A stretch of 64,000 nucleotides of DNA from Nanohaloarchaea archaeon SW_7_43_1 (GTDB lineage: Archaea; Nanohalarchaeota; Nanosalinia; Nanosalinales; Nanosalinaceae): positions 320,739 to 384,738 of the forward strand of contig PXPE01000001.1 in assembly GCA_003009795.1 (NCBI GenBank). Direction: 5' to 3'. The translations under genes were made by a program, and so were the position numbers. This document shows, one piece after another, positions 60,937 through 64,000 of this stretch (the first letter of the stretch is position 1; each line of letters opens with the position of its first letter). The notes below the pieces were generated by a model. It saw only the letters and a list, made by a program, of their open reading frames with translations, was not told where the DNA came from and ran no database searches.

Positions 60937-62216
60937 GTCAAGACACCGAATACATAGAGATCAAAAGACATGAACTGGAGGAGAAGGTAGAGGAAAGAGT
61001 CAGAGAGAAAGTTGAGGAAAAAGAATCCGCCGACAACAAACAGAAAATAGACACAGCATTGTCAAGAAGAGAACTGCTGAAGCTATCAGGACTAGGCATA
61101 GGAGCACTAAGCCTCTCCACACTAACCTCTGGCTGGAGTGTTGTTCAGCCTGAATCCGATGGTGTGAGTGAGGTTGATGTTTTTAGCGTGAATGGTCATC
61201 GTTTATGGGTCCAGGATAGTGCGCCCTCCGGCCCAGAAGTGAGTGATTTATGGTATTCGACCTCTGAAGCCGGTAGTCAAGGATGGGTTTATATTGGCAA
61301 CAATAGTGTGGTGGGAGATGTTGCTGTAGGCCCGAGTGGTGATTATGTTTATAGTGGTGACTGGTATAATGGAGTACATCGGATTGATGTTTCGAATCCA
61401 AGTATTGATGAGTGGGTTTATGAGGGTCATTCTAACTCTGTATACGGTGTTGCTGCAGGCCCTAACGGTGATTATGTGTACAGTGGTTCTAGGGATGAGG
61501 AGGTTCATCGGATTGATGTGTCGAATCCTAGTCAGCCCGACTGGGTGTATACCGAGCATTCTGACAGGGTTGCGAGTGTTGCTGCGGGCTTGAATGGCGA
61601 TTTTGTGTATAGCGGTTCTTGGGATTATGATTTGCATAAAATTGATGTGTCAGATCCCCCTCAAACAGACTGGGTTTATGATGGCCATTCTGACTCTGTG
61701 ACAGATGTTGCTGTCGGTCCTGATAATGAATATGTTTACACTAGTTCTTGGGATGAGGAGGTTCATCGGATTGATGTGTCGAATCCTAGTTCAGCAGACT
61801 GGATTTACACCGATAATACTGGCCAAGTGTACTGTGTTGCTACAGGTCCGAATGGTAATTTTGTGTATAGTGGTTCTTATGGTGAAGTGCATCAGATAAA
61901 TGTTGATGGTAGTCAGGGCTGGGTGTATACGGGTTATTCTAAGAATGTCTATGATGTTGCTGCAGGTCCAAATGGTGATTATATATATGTCGTCGCAAGG
62001 CAGGATGAGGAGGTTCATCGGATTGATGTGTCGAATCCTAGTCAGCCCGACTGGGTGTATACCGAGCATTCTGACAGGGTTGCGAGTGTTGCTGCGGGCC
62101 AGAATGGTAACTATGTGTACAGTGGTGACTATGATTATAAGGTTCATCAGATCAGTAATATTAGGGAGGGTTCCATAGTTTACTGGGATGGCAGTAACTG
62201 GGAGGGTTACCAATGA
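60933..62216 (+). CDS. Tat-signal seven-bladed WD40-like beta-propeller protein, paralog 1
   Basis: The acidic ~44-aa N-region is followed by SRRELLKLSGLGIGALSL (twin-arginine motif plus h-region). Seven ~42-aa repeats W(V/I)Y.GHS..V..VA.GPNGDYVYSGS.DEEVH(R/Q)I.VS. ATGA overlap with the giant gene. GGTGA lies 7 nt upstream. Confidence 0.8.
   Translation: MSQDTEYIEIKRHELEEKVEERVREKVEEKESADNKQKIDTALSRRELLKLSGLGIGALSLSTLTSGWSVVQPESDGVSEVDVFSVNGHRLWVQDSAPSGPEVSDLWYSTSEAGSQGWVYIGNNSVVGDVAVGPSGDYVYSGDWYNGVHRIDVSNPSIDEWVYEGHSNSVYGVAAGPNGDYVYSGSRDEEVHRIDVSNPSQPDWVYTEHSDRVASVAAGLNGDFVYSGSWDYDLHKIDVSDPPQTDWVYDGHSDSVTDVAVGPDNEYVYTSSWDEEVHRIDVSNPSSADWIYTDNTGQVYCVATGPNGNFVYSGSYGEVHQINVDGSQGWVYTGYSKNVYDVAAGPNGDYIYVVARQDEEVHRIDVSNPSQPDWVYTEHSDRVASVAAGQNGNYVYSGDYDYKVHQISNIREGSIVYWDGSNWEGYQ
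61493..61589 (+). repeat. 97-bp perfect direct repeat, copy A (copy B at 62003-62099)
   Basis: Base-by-base comparison shows the copies are identical, with mismatches immediately outside both ends. The 510-bp offset equals four blades in frame. Confidence 0.9.
62003..62099 (+). repeat. 97-bp perfect direct repeat, copy B
   Basis: Identical to 61493-61589. Encodes DEEVHRIDVSNPSQPDWVYTEHSDRVASVAAG. Confidence 0.9.
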
Positions 62217-62267
62217 GGACAGTTCAAAAAGTATGTTGTACAGGAGTAGGTCTGAGGTGATAAAACA

Positions 62268-63563
62268 GTGGGTGATACCGATGATGAGATTGTAAGGATT
62301 AAGGAGTCAGCGCTCAACGATTTGATTGAGGAAAAAGCCAAGGAAAGGCTTCAGAATCGAAACGATGATACTAAAGATACTGCAACGAAAGGCTTCCACT
62401 CTATCTCTAGGAGACAGTTTCTCAAGTATACAGGTCTAGGGATTTCCGGAATCACTCTACCGTCTCTGGTTTCTGCTCAGAGTATTATCCAACCTCAAGA
62501 AGATGGTGTGAGTGAGATTGATGCTTTTAGTGTGAATGGTCATCGTTTATGGGTTCAAAGTGATGAGCCTTCCGGTCCGGATCCTAATGATTTGTGGTAT
62601 TTGACCGAGAACAACAGTGTTCAGGGCTGGGTTTACACCGGTCATTCTGAAATTGTGGCTGTTGTTGCCGTTGGTCCGAATGGTGATTATGTGTATAGCG
62701 GCAGTTATGATGAGGAGGTTCATCAGATTAGTGTTAGTGATGGTAGTGGGGGCTGGGTTTATACCGGTCATTCTGGGGAAGTTTATGGTGTTGCTGCGGG
62801 TGTCAACGGTGAATATGTGTACAGTGGCGGTGGTTATACTGATGAGGAGGTTCATCAGATTAGTGTTAGTGATGGTAGTGGGGGCTGGGTTTATACCGGT
62901 CATTCTGACGATGTAAGGGATGTTGCTGTTGGTCCGAATGGTGATTATGTGTATAGCGGCAGTTATGATGAGGAGGTTCATCAGATCAATGTTAGTGATG
63001 GTAGTCAGGGCTGGACTTATTCGGGTCATTCTAGCTCTTCTCTGAGTGTTGCTGCGGGTCCTAACAGTGATTATGTGTATAGTGGTTTTGGATTTAGTGA
63101 AAATGAGGTGCATCAGATTAGTGTTAGTGATGGTAGTCAGGGCTGGACTTATTCGAGCAATACTGGCCCTGTGCGTGGTGTTGCTGCGGGTGTCAACGGT
63201 GATTATGTGTACAGTGCCGCTGATGAGGAGGTTCATCAGATCAATGTTAGTGATGGTAGTCAGGGCTGGACTTATTCGAGAAATTCCGTTTTTGATTTGG
63301 AAGATGTTGCTGTGGGCCCCAACGGCAATTATGTATATTGTTGTTCTTCGGACGATAATGATGTCCATCAGATTAGTGTTAGTGATGGTAGTGGGGGCTG
63401 GGTTTATACCGGTCATTCTACCAGTGTGGAAGATATTGCTGTGGGCACTAACGGTGATTATGTGTATAGTGGTTCTCAGAACAGTGAAAATGAGGTGCAT
63501 CAGATCAGTAGCATTAACGAGGGTTCTATGGTTTATTGGGATGGCAGTAATTGGAGGGGTTAA
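62268..63563 (+). CDS. Tat-signal seven-bladed WD40-like beta-propeller protein, paralog 2
   Basis: GTG start lies 8 nt after GAGGTGA (62253-62259). SRRQFLKYTGLGISGITL. Seven repeats GW(V/T)Y(T/S)GHS..V..VA.GPNGDYVYSGS.DEEVHQI.VSDGS. Confidence 0.8.
   Translation: MGDTDDEIVRIKESALNDLIEEKAKERLQNRNDDTKDTATKGFHSISRRQFLKYTGLGISGITLPSLVSAQSIIQPQEDGVSEIDAFSVNGHRLWVQSDEPSGPDPNDLWYLTENNSVQGWVYTGHSEIVAVVAVGPNGDYVYSGSYDEEVHQISVSDGSGGWVYTGHSGEVYGVAAGVNGEYVYSGGGYTDEEVHQISVSDGSGGWVYTGHSDDVRDVAVGPNGDYVYSGSYDEEVHQINVSDGSQGWTYSGHSSSSLSVAAGPNSDYVYSGFGFSENEVHQISVSDGSQGWTYSSNTGPVRGVAAGVNGDYVYSAADEEVHQINVSDGSQGWTYSRNSVFDLEDVAVGPNGNYVYCCSSDDNDVHQISVSDGSGGWVYTGHSTSVEDIAVGTNGDYVYSGSQNSENEVHQISSINEGSMVYWDGSNWRG
62670..62728 (+). 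repeat. 59-bp perfect direct repeat (second copy 62928-62986)
   Basis: Identical strings gttggtccgaatggtgattatgtgtatagcggcagttatgatgaggaggttcatcagat. The 258-bp offset equals two blades in frame. Confidence 0.9.
62708..62775 (+). repeat. 68-bp perfect direct repeat (second copy 62840-62907; a shorter third copy lies near 63366-63419)
   Basis: Identical strings tgatgaggaggttcatcagattagtgttagtgatggtagtgggggctgggtttataccggtcattctg. The 132-bp offset equals one blade in frame. Confidence 0.9.
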
Positions 63564-64000
63564 TGATGAGCGATAAAGAAAATGATTTTATAGGAGTCGA
63601 GAGATCGGAGGTGGAAGACCTTGTTGATGAAAAAATTGAGGATGTAGCGGAATCCGATTACCAAGAGAATGAGGAAAACAAGTCCTGGAACCTGATGTCC
63701 CGTAGAAAGTTTTTGAAGTCAACCGGTTTAGGCGCAGGTCTTCTAGGTGTTTCCTCCCTGGTTTCTGGATACAGTATTGTGCAGCCTCAAGAAAATGGAG
63801 AGAGTGATATTGATGCTTTCAGTGTGAACGGTCATCGTTTATGGGTTCAAGGTGGCTCTCCTTCTGGTCCAAGTGCGAATGATCTATGGTATTCGACCGA
63901 GAACAACGGCGTTCAGGGCTGGACTTATTCTGGTCATTCCGACACCGTGTATGATGTTGTTGCGGGCCCGAATGGCAATTACGTGTATAGTGGTTCTGGC
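63563..64000 (+). CDS. Tat-signal WD40-like beta-propeller protein, paralog 3 (5' part; continues past window end)
   Basis: ATGATG at 63563-63568, just after GGAGGGG, opens MMSDKENDFIGVERSEVEDLVDEKIED...SRRKFLKSTGLGAGLLGVSSL...FSVNGHRLWVQ...GWTYSGHSDTVYDVVAGPNGNYVYSGSG, which stays open to base 64000. Not in the ORF track because there is no stop in the window. Confidence 0.78.
   Translation, partial: MMSDKENDFIGVERSEVEDLVDEKIEDVAESDYQENEENKSWNLMSRRKFLKSTGLGAGLLGVSSLVSGYSIVQPQENGESDIDAFSVNGHRLWVQGGSPSGPSANDLWYSTENNGVQGWTYSGHSDTVYDVVAGPNGNYVYSGSG

Noticed and set aside
62547-63500. 317-aa stop-free ORF antisense to propeller paralog 2 (also 61248-61637 and 61791-62213 antisense to paralog 1)
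   Set aside because: The translation is a monotonous T/I/N/R-rich repeat (…TTITNTNLMNLLI…). The sense genes use mostly T-ending codons (ggt gat tat gtg tat agt ggt), so the complementary frame consists of A-starting codons and cannot contain TAA, TAG or TGA. This is an artefact of codon bias plus repeats. The sense frame has signal peptides, Shine-Dalgarno sites and a coherent repeat fold.
60933-64000. Possible CRISPR array suggested by regularly spaced identical DNA repeats
   Set aside because: The repeat units (59-97 bp) and spacing (126-132-bp blade period) lie within continuous ORFs and encode the conserved part of a ~42-aa protein repeat. There is no short palindromic repeat/unique spacer organisation, no leader and no cas genes.
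60933-64000. Diversity-generating retroelement (template/variable repeat pair), as reported for some DPANN archaea
   Set aside because: No reverse transcriptase ORF is in the window. The repeat copies are perfectly identical rather than differing at adenine positions, and there is no C-type-lectin-like variable C-terminus.
54216-64000. Integrated provirus or tailocin, because of tail-fibre-like proteins and a TA pair
   Set aside because: No capsid, portal, terminase, baseplate, tape-measure, integrase or att-like flanking repeats are visible. The proteins carry cellular Sec and Tat signals. Viral ancestry of individual modules remains possible but a prophage is not supported.

Overview
AT-rich, gene-dense archaeal chromosome segment. 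Genes often overlap by 1-26 nt, GGTGA-type Shine-Dalgarno sites precede many internal genes, and TATA-like boxes sit 20-55 nt upstream of unit starts. The predicted proteome is strongly acidic. Split rpoB (B''/B'), split rpoA, GatDE, thermosome, archease and EF-1alpha/EF-2 place it in Archaea. The acidity plus small, compact genes suggests a halophilic DPANN (Nanohaloarchaeota-like) genome; this is inference and cannot be verified here. Contents: (1) 1-3.2 kb: archease, cytidylate kinase, wHTH regulator, membrane proteins. (2) 3.2-21.9 kb, minus strand: the archaeal information-processing supercluster rpoH-rpoB''-rpoB'-rpoA'-rpoA''-nusA-S12-S7-EF2-EF1alpha-S10-tRNA-Ser, in canonical order but interrupted at four positions by lineage-specific genes. 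(3) 22-31.3 kb: RadC-like/NucS divergent pair, an AsnB-like/Dph6-like fusion, DUF456, SDR epimerase, thioredoxin, Fap7-type kinase preceded by VapBC, RFC small and large subunits. (4) 31.4-40.9 kb: a 9.5-kb Epd/Tad-like type IV pilus operon with a FlaI/PilB-type ATPase, two separate platform genes, seven proteins with class III (prepilin-like) signals, and a coiled-coil/RGG protein. (5) 41-47.9 kb: thermosome, HepT/MntA, and gatD and gatE with three small genes between them. (6) 47.9-53.0 kb: a second pilin-like operon with a 761-aa LamG-domain protein and a Cys-rich secreted protein, but no ATPase. (7) 53.07 kb to the window end: a plus-strand array transcribed divergently from (6). It encodes two small anchored proteins, two Sec-signal tail-fibre-like/YadA-like repeat proteins (615 and 1474 aa) with a DUF4258/DUF2283 pair wedged between them, and at least three tandem paralogs of twin-arginine-signal, seven-bladed WD40-like propellers that carry perfect intragenic DNA repeats. 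I regard (6)+(7) as the best candidate for an undescribed cell-contact system. No rRNA, CRISPR array, transposase, integrase or reverse transcriptase was recognised.
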